A stretch of DNA of 59,787 bases, counting the filler, from Perkinsus olseni (taxonomy: Eukaryota): NCBI GenBank assembly GCA_013115125.1. It is 4 parts of 4 records of this genome, joined end to end, with 100 filler letters (N's around TTAATTAATTAA, not from the genome) between each part and the next. Parts side by side here need not be neighbours in the genome. Positions count along the whole stretch, not along the records: positions 1 to 14,879 come from JABANN010000716.1; 3 more parts are not named here. One strand, 5' to 3'. Positions 1 to 13,736 of this stretch are shown here, piece by piece. The notes beneath the pieces are model-generated. The model saw only the letters and a program-made list of their open reading frames with translations, was not told the origin of the DNA and searched no databases. A program made the translations under genes and the position numbers. Position 1 is the stretch's first letter. Each line of letters begins with the position of its first letter.

Positions 1-1346
1 CAGGTGATGGGCTGGCCTTGAGGGGGTACGGCGATCCCCGACCATCCCGCTAGCTGCCTGGTGCTAGTGGTTCTGTGGGCACAGCTTGCGCTACGACTCG
101 CAACTGAGTAGCGGGTCGGGCTCAGATGGATGCTTCAGGCTGGCCTGTCTGGAGAGAGCATCTCAGAGGTCGCCTGCGAGGCCGAGGCAATGGCCATCGT
201 GTCACTGTGTGAGGAAGCTGTTTCTAAGGGTATGAAGCCCACCCTCTGTTCTCTCAAGGTGAGCGTGCAAGAGGGTCCCTGCAGAAGATGACGCCTGTTC
301 ACCTCAGGATGCGGCCATCGGCTCCAATGCCAAATCATTGCTGCCCGCCTGGAGATCTCTGCCGTCGTTTGCTTGCCTAGCCTCGAACGACCCACCATTT
401 AGTGGCCCTCTGGTGAGCGCTGCTCTCGTCGGACAATACCTCTCGGGATAAGGTACTGTCGCTGCTGCGGTCGATGGTGGTGGAAGGAGCCTTGATTGAG
501 GAGGTTGTCTCTATCGGGACACATGGTACCTTCGCGGCCTACGTGACGGTAGGCGACCGGGCAGCCTGCTCACGGGCCGCTATAGTACGGCGGGAGAGTA
601 AGCGGGGCGGGAAAACTCCGCGGTCCACCAGGAAGCCCCGTAGTTCCAGCCCTCACAGCGCTGTAGGCAGTGCGGCGACCAGAAAGGGTGCTGCCAGAGG
701 GGCCCTGTTGCGGACCAGGAGGAAGTTGTCCGAGTTGAATGGCATAATGCGAATGGACGCTGTCTTCAGCGATGCTGTTATTGATGAGTGTGTGGAGATG
801 ATGCCGACCAGCCTTGAGCACCTCTCCACCATACAGGGTCTTGGCGAGTTCCGAGTGGAGGCGTATGGCCCTGCGATGCTGGAGGCTTTGGCGGAGTATG
901 CTGTTCAAGCTGATGACCACGCACGCCCAGCACAGTCCAGTCAAGCTTCCGCGAGATCGCAGACGCGAGTCGGTGTGTTATCAGTCGAACAAGAGCACAG
1001 CGCGATACCGACTGATAGCAATAACGGAGCACGGGGCCTCCATTGTGTGTCGTTACCGGAGAGGCCGGCCACGGCGTGGCAGCAGCCGCAGCCTTGTACT
1101 GTGTTGAGGAGGTCTGGCGAGGGCGGCGGTGGACTGGGGGCGAGTAGGTTGGGCGGGAATCCTCAGACGCAAGTCCCGAGTGATTCTAGTATCCACTTCT
1201 TTCCGAAGGGAGAATCCTCGGCGGACGGGCGGCAGCAGTGTTCGTTACCGACCACGCGGCCTCCACCGGTTGCTCGAGGAAGTGAACGAAATCCAAAGCA
1301 GCGTAGAGTAGGCTTCTACGACCATCTATTCGAAGGTCTCTTCTGA
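1..1346 (+). CDS. RecQ/BLM-family DNA helicase, 3' part (RQC end + HRDC domain), spliced, 5'-truncated at window start
   Basis: ORF 474-1346 has an HRDC-like segment (VFSDAVIDECVEMMPTSLEHLSTIQGLGEFRVEAYGPAMLEAL) after a winged-helix-like end (LLRSMVVEGALIEEVVSIGTHGTFAAYVTVG). Short GT-AG introns lie upstream. Confidence 0.72.
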
Positions 1347-1498
1347 CCTTCTTTCTGTTGCATGTTATGATGTTCGCTCTTCTCACCTGTTGGGACTACT
1401 GCTGCCCTTGTTGCGTTGCCTAGTGTTGCCTACGGGGTCTGCACAGGTTGAGGAAGAGCAAAGAGTGTCAGAGGGTATTTTCGTCATAATCCTCGCGT

Positions 1499-4400
1499 AT
1501 GGTTGGCCGTAAGAGCACACCAATGAGAGGAGGAGTGAAACGACCTCGAGTGTCGGTAGGGCGAAGCGGGTCGAGCCTCACCAAGACGCCGCGGTATGCT
1601 AAGCTCCCACGCCAGAGCCAGGGCCAAGGTGATGGCTGCGGCAGACGCATTGTCGCGGTCACTCGGGACTGCTCTTTTTAGGGCCGAGCTCTGCTGCCAG
1701 CCAGGAGTCGGTAATTGATATTTGTAGTAGCAGCGATGAGGAGCGGAGCGAGACCAGCAAGCGTCCGCCTGGGGGGTTCTGGTCTGAGCAATTCTTCCGG
1801 GATATCCCCAGTGCATCGAAGCAGCGCAGTAGTGAGCTGAGATCAAGAGGTCCTCCTCGGGATGCTCCGAAGTAGTACTTGCGGGCCGTCGACCCCTGTG
1901 GCTTCATCAATTGTCATGGCCGTCTCACCGAAATATGGTGTCCCATCACCCCAGGGAAACCCTCGTTTGTTAGTTCGAGGGTTAGTCTGGTTCCACAGAA
2001 ACCGTTTCAGGCGAGCCTAGTAGTACTGTCGGTTCCTCTCTGGATCATTATCTCCCATGCTTCTTCGTTCGAACATCGAGGAAATCCAGAACCCGCTTCT
2101 TTGTCCGGCTGGCCTCAATCAGGTGCGGTTATTCGTCGACTGTCAGGGTTGCTAGACCGAGAACGAGGGCTCCTCGAGCGGCCGTTGCTGCGGCGCCCAC
2201 CCCTGTCCTCGTTGTGGCGAAGGAGAGGAAGACTGAGTTGACTACTGCCTTGCAAAACGGCGGCATCATAGTGCTCTTCGGCTCGCCTGGGTGCGGGAAG
2301 CACTTCCTTCTGCGTGCGGTGTGCGAGGAGTTGGGCCTGTCTATCACCGAGTACCGGAGTAGAGGGTGGGTAAGAGGTAGAATGTGGCATGGGGGATGAT
2401 GGCTTTGGTAGCTCATTTCTACAGTCTGATCGAGAATGTCCGACGTGTGCCCCTGTGAGATCGTACCCACGAGAAGAAGCGATTTGAAGGGCAGTTAGGT
2501 GACTTCGAACTCGGCAAAATGTCGGTAAAAAATTCCTCTGGTAGTGACTTTAAATGGGCATTGGAAGTTTGGATTCAAATCCTCATTTCGTCCGGGTCGC
2601 AAGGCCCTCTGCCGATTGGGTATTCACCTTCTTAAGCGAATGCAGGCTGCTTCTCGCCTCTAACAGGTTATGAAGAGCGCAGCGCAACAGTGCGCTTCCT
2701 GCGGACTCCTCTGCCTCTCGGAGTCAAGCTTGTTCGAGAGTCGGTCCTCGACCTCATGTCCACCACCAGGCAATCGTCTTATAATGGTAATACTCGAAAT
2801 GTGCTTTCAATTTTCGAGAGAAATTTTGATCAGGCGGTGCCTCTGAGAAGGAGGTCATTGAGAGTTTGAAGTCAGGCAAGGGGCGTGTTGTTATAAGCAC
2901 AACAAACTTCCGCCTAGTCGACAAACTGAGTAGGTGCGCCATGATTTTCACCATTGCGGCTGTGATGTTGCTACTGGTAGGGGATTCTGTGCCGCCCGAC
3001 CACTTGAAGGTGATCACATTCCGTCCGATATCTGTCACGGGCGTCAAGAAGATACTCAGGGCGAAGGTGGCAGCGATGGGGCTGTCTCACGTACCCATAG
3101 GTAGAAGCAACGATGCGGATGCTGACCCGAGAACGTCTCCTTGTACAGCGTTGACCGACACCTTGGCAGCGGAGGCTCGAGGTGATGGAAGATTTGCCCT
3201 GAACCAGCTGGAGGCAGCTCTGGCGGGCAACTCGGTCGCAGCACGCGGTGGAGGGGGACTAAAGGACAACACGTTTGACTACTTTCATTCCCTCGGAAAA
3301 GTAATGCGGTTCCTCTGGAAGCCATAAGTTTGTTGATGGCTTGGGTTCATCACTGAAGGTCTGTGTATAGGTACTCTATTGCAAGCGTATAGACCCGGAG
3401 GCACCAGAGAAGCCACCAGCACAGTTGCCGCCCTCGAAGCTCCTCCCCAAGCTCAATCGGCTGCCTCCGTACTTCGATGTTGAGGAGCTTTGCTGCATGC
3501 CCGACTGGGAGAACGATGATACAGTACCGAGGCATCCCGCTGCCAGCAGCAGCCTCGTCTGCTATGCTCAGGTGGTTAACCTGCTTCACGAGAATTACAT
3601 CGATTTTTATGGTGACATCGGCGATGCTGCAGAGTGCATTTCCCGGCTCTCGACGGTGGACGCTTACCGCTGTAGCTCGTCCAGGCCCTGGTAAGCACTC
3701 GGTCCATGACCCCTCGGCCAGCCCTCGGTCATTTGTTGGTTGCATCTCGAGTTGGTTTGTTATCTGTGCGCAACGGAGCATCGTTCGTCGTAGGAGATAT
3801 TCTCATACTGTGGACAGCAGCGTGGGTATGCATTTTGTATCTTCATGGGCGTGTCGTGCTGTGATGGACAGCAACTGTCATCCAGTATCTCCGTCGAGGG
3901 GAGGACTACACCAGTTTCGGCCGGAGCGGAGGGACGAAGATCGTGACCGGAGCTCGGTGAGTTCAAACGTGGCTCTCAGTCCCTCTTCGGCAGCGGGCAC
4001 TCTCTCCTGAATCGGTCTGTGATATTGTTTACATGGTGATTCAGCGGCACCTGATCTCGCTTTATGTCAGTTCCTGGTACATGTGAACCATTTGATAAGT
4101 GCCACGTGCCGGTCTCCTGCCTTGGCCGCGACAGTTGTGGTGCCCTTCACCGACTTGTGTCTGCGGGCAACGCGGGGTGAATGGCCACGGTTGTCTGACA
4201 GGGCACTCGAGATGGTAGGCTCGGGTCTCCATGCGAAGAACGATGTTTAGCGCTGCATTAAACAGCCTCGGCCGATTGGAAATCTTTCAGGAACGTTCCA
4301 GGGGCGAAATAATACTTCCCATTCACTTTCGACTATTCTGACTCTGATGAACTTGTTGATTGGCACATCTGCTAAGGAGATAAAAATACTTACGCATCAT

Positions 4401-4753
4401 GTCACGAACTTCGCCGAGTTGGTGATGAGGATCTTCAGACAACAGCACAGCGACTTTCAGGTGCATAGGCTGGTGACGGACGGTTCCAGTAGTCCATCGT
4501 GGCGGGCCTATAGAGAAGATCCGATTGAGACCTCGTCACCTCAGGATGACTTGCAATTAGATCCAATTTCCGAGGTATGTACTGAAGCATCCCGGCTCTG
4601 AGAAGTCAGTAGTGGAGAGATACTGCTCAGAATTTTGATGATGGTCCGACGCAGTGCCGTATGGACCTCATGGAAGATAATGAATGGAATGACCTCACCG
4701 AGGAAGAGCTTCAGTCGATTGAGGCCGCGGCTGCTGATTTGCCCGGAGGATGA
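1499..4753 (+). CDS. RAD17: Checkpoint clamp loader RAD17/Rad24 (multi-exon)
   Basis: Exons encode Walker A (IIVLFGSPGCGKHFLLRAVCEELG), VITFRPISVTGVKKIL, GDGRFALNQLE, KDNTFDYFHSLGK and NLLHENYIDFYGDIGDAAECISRLS, all typical of Rad17. An acidic last exon ends at TGA 4751-4753. Confidence 0.85.
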
Positions 4754-4949
4754 GCGTCACGAACGTTTTATTACCGAATGATGTTGCGTTTGAGTTCATT
4801 CCAGCGGAGCTCCATGCTTCTTCTCGGTTTGAATTTCAAACCGAGAAGAAGCATGGAGCTCAAACTTTGAAACTTACGAGCTGATCGACTTGAGGCTAGA
4901 GTGAGCTTCGGACTTGTGGGTAATTCGGGAACGGGCTTCGCTGCTAAAA

Positions 4950-6870
4950 TGAGGCTTCGCAAGCAGCTGAGCTATGCCACTAACACCAGGCTGGGGTCCT
5001 CAGCTTCGTCATTGGTGATTACATGAAGATTCCCGAAAGTTGAAATTCAACCAGGGCTGTCGGAATGGGAGCACCATGTAGAACATCGAACTTGAGACCT
5101 CACCATCAGTCTACGCTATGTTATTGCTTCATGAACTTGGTACTCTTGGAGTACTAAGTTTCAGGGTACCAGCCAGGTATCCAGAGAAGTGTTCTGGTAT
5201 GCGGCTCTGGGGCATTCTACACGAGGGAATTTGCCCGCCGCAAGACTTCCTCAGCGAAAAATTTTTGTCGGGACTGACAAATTTTCACGATACAACGAAT
5301 GAATGCGGTGCGATGAGTTCAGAACCAACGAGGTGAGGATAATCACCCCGGGGAAAGGTTCATCGTCGATGGATCATCGATGAGAGCTTGAAAATGTCGG
5401 GTATCGGCTGGTTAACTGAAACTCCGCTCGTGGCGTACTGGTGAGCCATCTGCCCGTCCGAATCGAAGGTGGTACTCGATTCCAAAAAAGCCGACGGTCG
5501 TGTGGTCAGACGACGGGAAGTCGGGAAGCCTTGAAACTTCAGACCCTGAACGGCACTGAGTCACCAGCGAGGGGAACGTTCGAGTGACATCTCTGGCTCA
5601 CGCGGGGGAACCTCGAGGAATGGAACCAGACGGTCAGAGTCGAAGGCGTCATGTGCGCAAGATTCGATCTATGTGCAGCACATAACAAATCTTGCGCACT
5701 TCAAGTTTCTAAGCTTGCGTCACTGTGCCCGGGACGAGCCCAGAGTCTCAGGGCCATTCGAAGTGCAGTGCTCGTCGAAGAGCCACACATTGTTATTAGT
5801 GCATCGTTATTCAACAGAGCTCCGTTAGCAAAGCGACCTCAGGTGATGAGAGCCGCTCCCCCAGGGACCACCGCGGGGAGGTGGAGTTGACTCGGTCCCC
5901 ATAAGTTTTTTTTGTTTTTTTATCGTTCGGGTATTTACTCGCTCAGGCACTCGAGAAGTCGAGCTTCCTCTTCACCGAATCACACACGGCGCGTCGATGA
6001 AGAGTAGCGAACTCCAAATCCTCCCAAGGAGGAAAAGGAGGCAGCCAGTCTTTCGGTTGACCGTCCCGCTGCCTTTTCACGGGGCGAGCCCCGTTGAAGC
6101 CGAGGTATGGGAAGTCCACTTCCTCGGAAGGGTTACCCCCGTAGCCCGGGCGGGGAGTGTCGCGTTTGGTAACAGTCATCTAAGCAAGGCCTTACGGAGT
6201 GATCGTAGATCAGCGCACCTAGGGCGTTCTGATCGATTCAAGGCGTGCTCTGAGAAAGATTCCATGGGGATACGAAACGGCTGCTGTTGCACGAATCGTG
6301 CAGCACGAGAATGGTGCAGGACTGGATACTGGGTATCCGATACTCCTCCCTGGAGTCCAGGGATCTTAGTCCCTAAACCTGAGAGGTTCAGGGCCCACTC
6401 AGCAACGCTCCAGTAGTAAAAGGCTCGTACGGCCTCCGTTGTGGTAGGCCAACACTGTTGGCGGTGATCAACATTCGACAGCGAATAGCTACACGGAATT
6501 CGAGTCGCAGGACACTCGTCTCGTACGGGCAGGGGTGAGATTTCAGTGATAGGTTGACTCCTAAAGGGTAGACGAGGAAGCAACCAGTAGCATAAGTGTT
6601 GCCTTTGTTCGCCTGGCGACTTGCTGGTGTCTCGGTGAGCATCTTCTTCAGGGTCGGACATCGATCGGGGATAACGCGATGATGATATTATTTGGTGGTT
6701 GTATTTTCTGATTTGTTTCTTGGGTCAATCTTATTACATCGGTCTCATCCATCTGCCGACTAGACCTATCGGCGCAGCATGGACTCGCGCCGGGAAGAGA
6801 TGCTGGGAGGCGTAGTAAAGGTACTAGAGGTACAGCGGAGTATTTCACTGAACTGCGGTAGGCTTCTCAC
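4950..6870 (-). CDS. Possible multi-exon hypothetical gene (boundaries uncertain)
   Basis: Several minus-strand open segments (5943-6179, 6176-6661, 6648-6848) with minus-strand GTAAG/GTGAG donor-like sites. No recognisable domain. Confidence 0.25.
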
Positions 6871-7334
6871 CATGGGGGGGTGATTGTGTATAAGGTTACA
6901 TGTGACTTGTTGGTTTCACATACTCCCTTGCATAAGGAAGTATGAGCAAGGAGAGGTTTCATTCAGAGCGTCAGGAAGGCGAACGCGACTGTCGTTATTC
7001 CCCCATCTTGTTGTGTTTCTAGTGACAGAGATCTCCACCGTTCATTGTATTCCTGGCGTTGGTGGCTGAGAAGCTTAGCAAACAGTTTAGTGTTCTGGTA
7101 GTACTAGCTCGTATTCATCAGTAATCAGCGACTAGTCTACCGATGTTTTAGCCTACTGTAACGGGAAGAGTGCTAAACTACCATGTGACCGGTATCGTGG
7201 TAGGGGATAGCCTTTTGCCAACAGGCTGTTGGTAGTATGCCAACGCGACCGGCGCCCGACGTTGGCAACAGTAACAAATATGGATGCCAGTTATGTTCTT
7301 CAAGAACACGTAAAATAGAGCAGTGATAATCACA

Positions 7335-10300
7335 ATGCTGTATGCTACATCGTCATCCTTTGAATCGATGGTATGAGATCTTCGTTAGGGCATTCCGGCT
7401 CGTGAATTCTTATGGAACGTCCTCCGATCCGGCCAAGTCATTGCTGCCTCGCACACCGGGCAGTCCTACAGCAAGAGCAGCGGTTACAGTCGCATGCCAG
7501 CCCTTCCCGCTCAGTATAAGGATACTACGTCAAATTCCGCTTTGCGTTGGTTGCATGGGTGGAGATCTGATCGAGAATTGCTCCTCCAGTATCCCCTCAG
7601 CGGAGTTACTCAATGCGGCCAAGTTCCCCACCCCGCGTCTCGGTGGAGGGTGGAGCATCAGGGCAGCAGCAGCAGCAGCAGCAGACGGAGGGGCAGAAGG
7701 TGGGGCCTGGAGGAACTTTTCCGTTCGAGCGGTGGTGATGCAGGTACGGTCTTCGGCGTTCGCAAGTCTGAGCAAGGAGGTGAATCAAGCTCGACTAGGG
7801 ATGTTGGGGGAACTTATGGACAATCGGAAACGTGCCGAGGTGGGTTGCTTTTGGACGCATGCCTCTTGAGTGTCTGCAGCGACTGCTATAGCATGGCTGA
7901 TGCCCTTTGTCTGCTTGTCATCTAAATGTTCACTTTGGGGCGCGCCTGGTCGGAAAGTTGCTGATTATTCTCAGGAGTCGGAGCAGTTCTTCCTGACACG
8001 TATGCAGCAGGAGGCAACGAGCTTCCAGCACTTGGTCCAGATGTTCGAGGATTCTCTTCAAAAGGTGATGAGGGTTCTTTTCAGCTTTCACATGCCCGAG
8101 GTCACTCCTGGCCCTCTTATTCTCCACGCGCTCATTCACACTCAAGGATGGCCTGTGCCCTGGGTTAGCTCGGTCCTCGGGTCCCATTACAGCCATACCA
8201 TGATCGTTGCTTTTCTCCCCATTGCGAACATCTGGACCGATCGAGTCCAGATGCCTGCGCAGCGTCAACGATAGCTTCTCGCACATTATCATCATGCTCC
8301 GCTCCGCCTGCATCGCCTGTGGTTCATGACACCGGGGAGCATCCATCGTGGTTCAGCTGGCGTTCTTTTCCGAGACTTCGTTTCACCTGTATGTCGCCGT
8401 TGTCCGGATGGGGGGCTGAGGGCTCGATCCAAACCCAGGTCTGATTGGCGTCATTGGCATGTCCCTGCCGCTATCTGTCCCTGCACGTCAAGTTGAGGCC
8501 TTCAGGTCAGTGCCGATCTGGATTCTCGTTTGAGTGGATTCATCCAGACTGAAGAGGTGAATAGCATGCTCGAGGAGAGCGCCAAGAAGTTCGGGGAAAG
8601 GTAATATAATGAGGGCCGAGGCAGTGTGCAGTTCCAGCCGTGTTAAAAATCATTACTGTTAATTCCACTTCGAAAGAGGGATCGCTTTGAATGATGATGC
8701 TTAGATTTTCTGCCGTGGAGAACAAGATAGACATGAAAGCCCATGAATCAAGCGCTCGGATAGCATGCCTTGAAGCGTCGCTTGCGGACTTGAGGGATGA
8801 GGTGAGGTGACACCTGAGTCAGGTGACCTGACGTAGTCTAGGATGCAGCTCTGTGGCTTAGGTGTCAAAACTGAAGGAGGACCGAGAACAGGAGATGGAA
8901 AAAATGAACGCTCGAATAGAGGCAAGGCTGGGGACTGGGAATGCTTCCATTGGAGAGCTCTGTCGTCGGGTGTTGATTCTGACGCTTCCGCTAGACCGTG
9001 TCCGCAACCGCTAAGACGGAGTTGAAGCGATCCGAGTCTTCCATGACCTCTCGAGTATCGGCCGTCGAGGAGAAGTTGGAGAAAGAATTATGTGAAGTGC
9101 AGGAAGAAATGAAGCAAGGTGAGCTCAAGGGGGAAGGTCATCGAGACCAGTTTACCATCAGCCAATCGATGTCGGTGTGTTCTCAGGCTTCTCCACTGTG
9201 AACGGAGAGAGGTTGGATGCTATTGATGGCAGCCTCTCCGGACTAAACTCAAGGATGGACGCTTTTGATTCGAAGATCGACGCAGTTGACAATTGTATCA
9301 TCAGTATTCAGGGCAAACACAAGCAGGATCGTGAGGAATGTAGGCGATCGGGAGAGCTGGCAATTGCCGCTCAGTCGCTCTTCGTATGGATCAGATGCTG
9401 CGAAGCATGCGGAGTTAGAGTCCTCACACAAGGAGCTAGAGAAAAAAGTGAGCGAGAAGTGGACAGCAATGGAGCAGAACATCTCGGACCTGGAGCAGGG
9501 TGAGTCAAACACCTCGACCTCGCCGGGATACTCTCATGTCCTTTCGGTCAGGCATGAAGGACAAGGCTGATGTCGAGTCGATTGTACAGAGATGTGAGAG
9601 CAGCATGACGGACAAGATCTCTACCCGTAGCAATAATTCTCGAGTATTTCGTTGAAGAAGCATGGCATGGGTCTCATCATTAGTTACTAAGGAGATCGAC
9701 TCCCGATTCGAGACTGTGTCGGAGCAGATGGTGGACTTCCAGAAGGCATGTGATGATCAGACCGAGGAATCCACGACGGAACTTGAGCAGCTGAGGGAAC
9801 AATTGGGTGGGTAGCGGATAGAGCTCGCGTCGTACAGCTTCTTCTGGTATCGCCCCTGGCAGCAGGGGATCTTGCAGTTGGAGCGCTCGTGGCTGGCAAG
9901 TCCGATCTGCTATACGGCCCTACAGCGTCCTCAATTCGATGAATGACGATCACGATGGGAATGAACTGTGCAGCGAATCGTCGTGATTGAAAACCTCAGC
10001 CTCTAGTCGCGTGAAGCCGGGTAGCGGAGCGACGCTGGCTTTCATCCATCTCGTCATCAGGCAAAGTCCATGAGGTAGCGAAGTCCGCGTCCGTAGAGGG
10101 AGATGAGTTGAGTGCAAAACTGGAGCTCAAGTTGCAGCATCACATTGATGGTGACGCGGGGTGGGTTGCTTCTTCTACCGGGGATAAGCTCATGAGGCTG
10201 GTCGTATTCAATTCTGTATTACTCAAACTATGGGAAGTCGCTGCTGTTTCTGGACTTCTCTGGTGCAAACTCAGTCCAGCAGCCGGTGAGGAATGTGCTC

Positions 10301-12481
10301 AACTGCTTCGTCTCGCCGAAGTAGTCAATTTTGCTGTTCCCAGATGTGTCCAAGCAAGTCGAAGTCCTCCCGCCGAGGATAGACCAATTACAGCGTGACC
10401 TCCAGACCAAACTAGGCGTGTGAGCATGGGGTGACTCTCCCATTCTGGTCGAAGAGTTGGCTGCTGCTATGAAGTATCTGATGGGTTCGATGGAGTGATG
10501 CCTCTCAGGATATCTCGGAAGCTCCGGCATCTTTCTCACTGTGGATTGAACCATACCTGGAGGATCGATGATGCGGTAAGATTCTTCGCTGTGCGTTCGG
10601 CTAGTGTTTGGACACATCCTCATCAGGTTAATAAGCTCGGGGCTTTGGGCGTGTCAGCTGGTCGCTTTATAGACTCGCCATCCTTCGGCCTTGGTGCCTA
10701 CAAGAACATGCAGTTGAGATTCTTCCCCAAAGGTTGCGGCCATGGACCCCCCGGAGTATGTCACTCCTGCCTTGGGTCTACCTCGATGCTTCCCCCTCAG
10801 GCAGCATCGAACATAGTGATGCAGAAATCAGCGGCTTGCAGCGTATGGTTGGTGTGGAATCCACAGGCGTCGAATCGAGACGCCCGTCTACCACCGATAC
10901 GCGTCGAGCTAGCCGTTGGGAAGTACTCAACTCCACCTCACGGTAACCCGCATGGCGCACTGCTTTGTCACCGTTCAGGTCTCGGAAAGGCCCGTTGGAG
11001 ATGGGCCACCACGAGTCCCTTTATGGCTGCTACGTCTGGCAAGGAAATGATATTTGCGTAAGTCACAAGCGCCGATCTCCTCGTGGTTGTAGATCCTCCT
11101 TCTTTGAGTCTTCCCACGGCTCTCGTTGTTCGGGCAATTCCCTTCTTTTCTCTTCCCTGGGCGACGTGGCTCTGCGCCGCACCAAGGCCATGCTAACGAT
11201 GCTACGCTAACATCGATCGTATTCTCAGGTTTTGGAAAACGAGTTGCTATCGAGTGGGTCCCTGGAAGTGTCCGTTTCCATACCGTGAGTCCGTCGCCCA
11301 GCGTCGCATCGTCAGTAACGTAACCTTCAGATATCGCCAGTGGTATGATGCGTTGGAGCTCACCCCTGACGAGGCCGACTTCGAGAAGGACCAGCTCGAG
11401 AGTGCCGTCACTCAGTCGGTCGTCCCTACGGGCCCGATGACCAGAGGTACGGTGTGCAGCTCCTGTCGCGCTGGTGGACCGTTGTTCAGGGACTGTAGGA
11501 GGAGATGAGGCGATAGGCAGCTCGAGGATGTCCGTAGCGAGCAGTGCCTTCACGTTCAACCCTGACGGGCCGTCCAGGGGCAATCCTACCACCACGGTAA
11601 GAGCACGCGTGGGCCGATCATCCGCCGGGGGAGTGTGTCATTTGCGCTGCTGAGGAGTTGGATTTCTTCCCGACTGCCCCCTGCTTTCAGTCGGCTTCTA
11701 TGCATCGGATACCCGAGACGTCGAACCCCTTCGAACAGACTCTTCCAACGCTCGCAGAAGTCCATCCGAGCGCACTAGTCAGACCAAGTTCCGCCACTCA
11801 GGTGGGGTGACTCGGTCACACTGTGCATGCCACAATCATCCCTCCAGTTGCGCTCGTTCTCACCATCGCCGATCTTCGACGATGACGACGCTACTGTATC
11901 GAATAGGTGAGTTCCTCTTGATCGTTTTCGACCAAAGTTGATCTCATTCACTGGTAGTAGTTCTCGTCGCTCAGAGGTGACCAAGTGCGGCCTCAAACGA
12001 TGAATCTCGGTGCCACAAGGAACCCCTTTAGTACCACCGGTAGCGATATGGACGTACCAACAGTCCCTAACAGGTAGCGGATGTGAGGAAGCGGTAACCG
12101 GGTGACGACTCTCCTCTTCGCTAGTCCCTCCGCCACTGCGAGAACGCTCCGTCCAACGCCGAGGCAACGTAACTCTGGACCCACAAGTGAGTCCGTCCTC
12201 TTGCTGCCTTCACACTAGTCTTCCAGGTTTCTCTCATCCTGTTGGCCGAAGCTCGGACAATGTTTCTCCCAGGAGATCTAATTGGACGCAATTCGCTGGT
12301 ACGTCGGTGTGCATAATGAGGAATCGCCGCCGAACAACTACATATTGAAACTGCTCCTCATAAACTGGAGAATCGTCCATTCCAGCGCATTAGCAGTTTT
12401 TAGCGAGCTGCGCGACGGGATAGTGGATTTGAAGCGAGCGCAGTGCTTTACGTGGCCTCTCAGGTTGATACTCCCGTGTGA
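7335..12481 (+). CDS. Large multi-exon coiled-coil protein with MATH/TRAF-like domain (ends approximate)
   Basis: Many short exons encode heptad-rich helices (VSAVEEKLEKELCEVQEEMKQ; LESSHKELEKKVSEKWTAMEQ). Near 10550-11060 they encode NHTWRIDDA...IDSPSFGLGAYKNMQLRFFPKG...CSVWL, matching the MATH fold pattern. A Ser/Pro-rich tail follows. Confidence 0.6.
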
Positions 12482-12529
12482 CCGATCTCTTGAGTCCCTG
12501 CTGATGGAAGTTTGCTGTAATTCGCTGCC

Positions 12530-13300
12530 TTTATGATTGCTGTCCTTCGTATTATTTCGAGATATACTTGACAAGTTTGCTCTGGAAAGTATTTGGAGAC
12601 CTTTGAGTTCACTGTTACATCGACCCCCTCGAACGTGGCACAGAGGAAGATGTCTCGCCATGAGGTGAATGAGGCCGATTCCATTGCACCAGGATATGCA
12701 TCGATACTGAACGGCTTGCGTACTGTCGTCGTTGACCGTGATGTAGTTCAACCTCGCCGGGTGCTCACCGGATCCTTCAGGGCTGGTCTCCTGCGGCAGC
12801 ATCTGAGTGTGACCCGTGCTCCGATAGGACCCTCGATGCACGAACGCGCCAGGGCTCCTGCCGAGATGCGGAAGCGTATAGTTTCCACGCAGGCCGATCA
12901 ACCGCCGGCTGACTAGGGCAACGGACGCCGTGAATGGCAGTTGATCTCGATCATATCGCGAGGAGAGTAGCAAATGACTAGCTTAGTTCTGGAAAAGTTC
13001 AATGAGCATCGACATACTAGTTTCGAGAGCCATAAGGGCGTTTGCCGGGGTATCGAGTGATGTTACTGGCTTCATCAAAAACACCATCCAGCTATCGCCA
13101 TTCCCGAGAAGGTCAGGTCGCAGGTTCCAGATGCTTTGCCACAAGGTGAACAAAATGAAGAGGCGGATAATACTTGGTCCGGTCGCCCCCGCCCAAGAGG
13201 GGAAATCCGTCGAAACCCTCGGTGCCGAGCGCGCACCGCCGGGTTGATTAGGCTTCAGACGTATGGCGAAGATAGTACTGCGGCAACAGTATAGTACTAT
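12530..13300 (+). mobile_element. Possible degenerate LTR-retrotransposon integrase C-terminal relic
   Basis: Stop-interrupted translation gives IAVLR...KYLETFEFTVTSTPS...MSRHE (like integrase WxxxLxxxxFxxNxTPxxxTGxSP) and later TWSGRPRPRGEIRRNPR, resembling a pol C-terminus. Confidence 0.35.
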
Positions 13301-13660
13301 ATAGTTCATATCTGCCGGATATTATATTACTGTGATCGTATCAGTCATGCCAATTCGAACTTTTCTCCTGTTCCTTACGCAACACAGAGAGGTCAGCACG
13401 TGCTGCCACCTCACCAGCAATAACAACATTCCTTTCATTGAGTACACATACAATATCAGGTTTACAATGCTCAGTTTCATTAGGAGAAAGAACCACTTCA
13501 TACTAAAGCAACTTACCGTGCTCATCATTGATGCAAGGTGGGCTTCAAGTCCACCGATGGTTCTCAAATTCAACATTTGGTACATAGTACTATACTTATG
13601 ACCATACTATGTATCACTATAATACCATTCCCTCAGGCGCCGTCACTTAACCGTTCAGTA

Positions 13661-13736
13661 CGACACTTGAGAACCTTTGGGGGGTATAGCCCAACGTCTT
13701 AGCAAGCCGCCGCTTCAACCACTTTGCCGAAGTGTC
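13661..13736 (-). pseudogene. Degenerate tRNA-Ser(GCU) copy
   Basis: Aligns along its length with the intact tRNA 360 bp downstream (cgacac...tagcccaacg...ttagca.gccgccgc...aaccact...aagtgtc). It has substitutions and a ~6-nt deletion that removes the T-arm/B-box core. Confidence 0.8.

Noticed and set aside
1..4753. RecQ next to RAD17 as a DNA-repair cluster
   Set aside because: Two adjacent genes are compatible with chance; no shared regulatory evidence is visible.
7215..7270. TGCCAAC/GTTGGCA short inverted repeats upstream of the MATH-like gene (X-box-like)
   Set aside because: Stems are only 7-8 bp; cannot be distinguished from chance or assigned to a factor.
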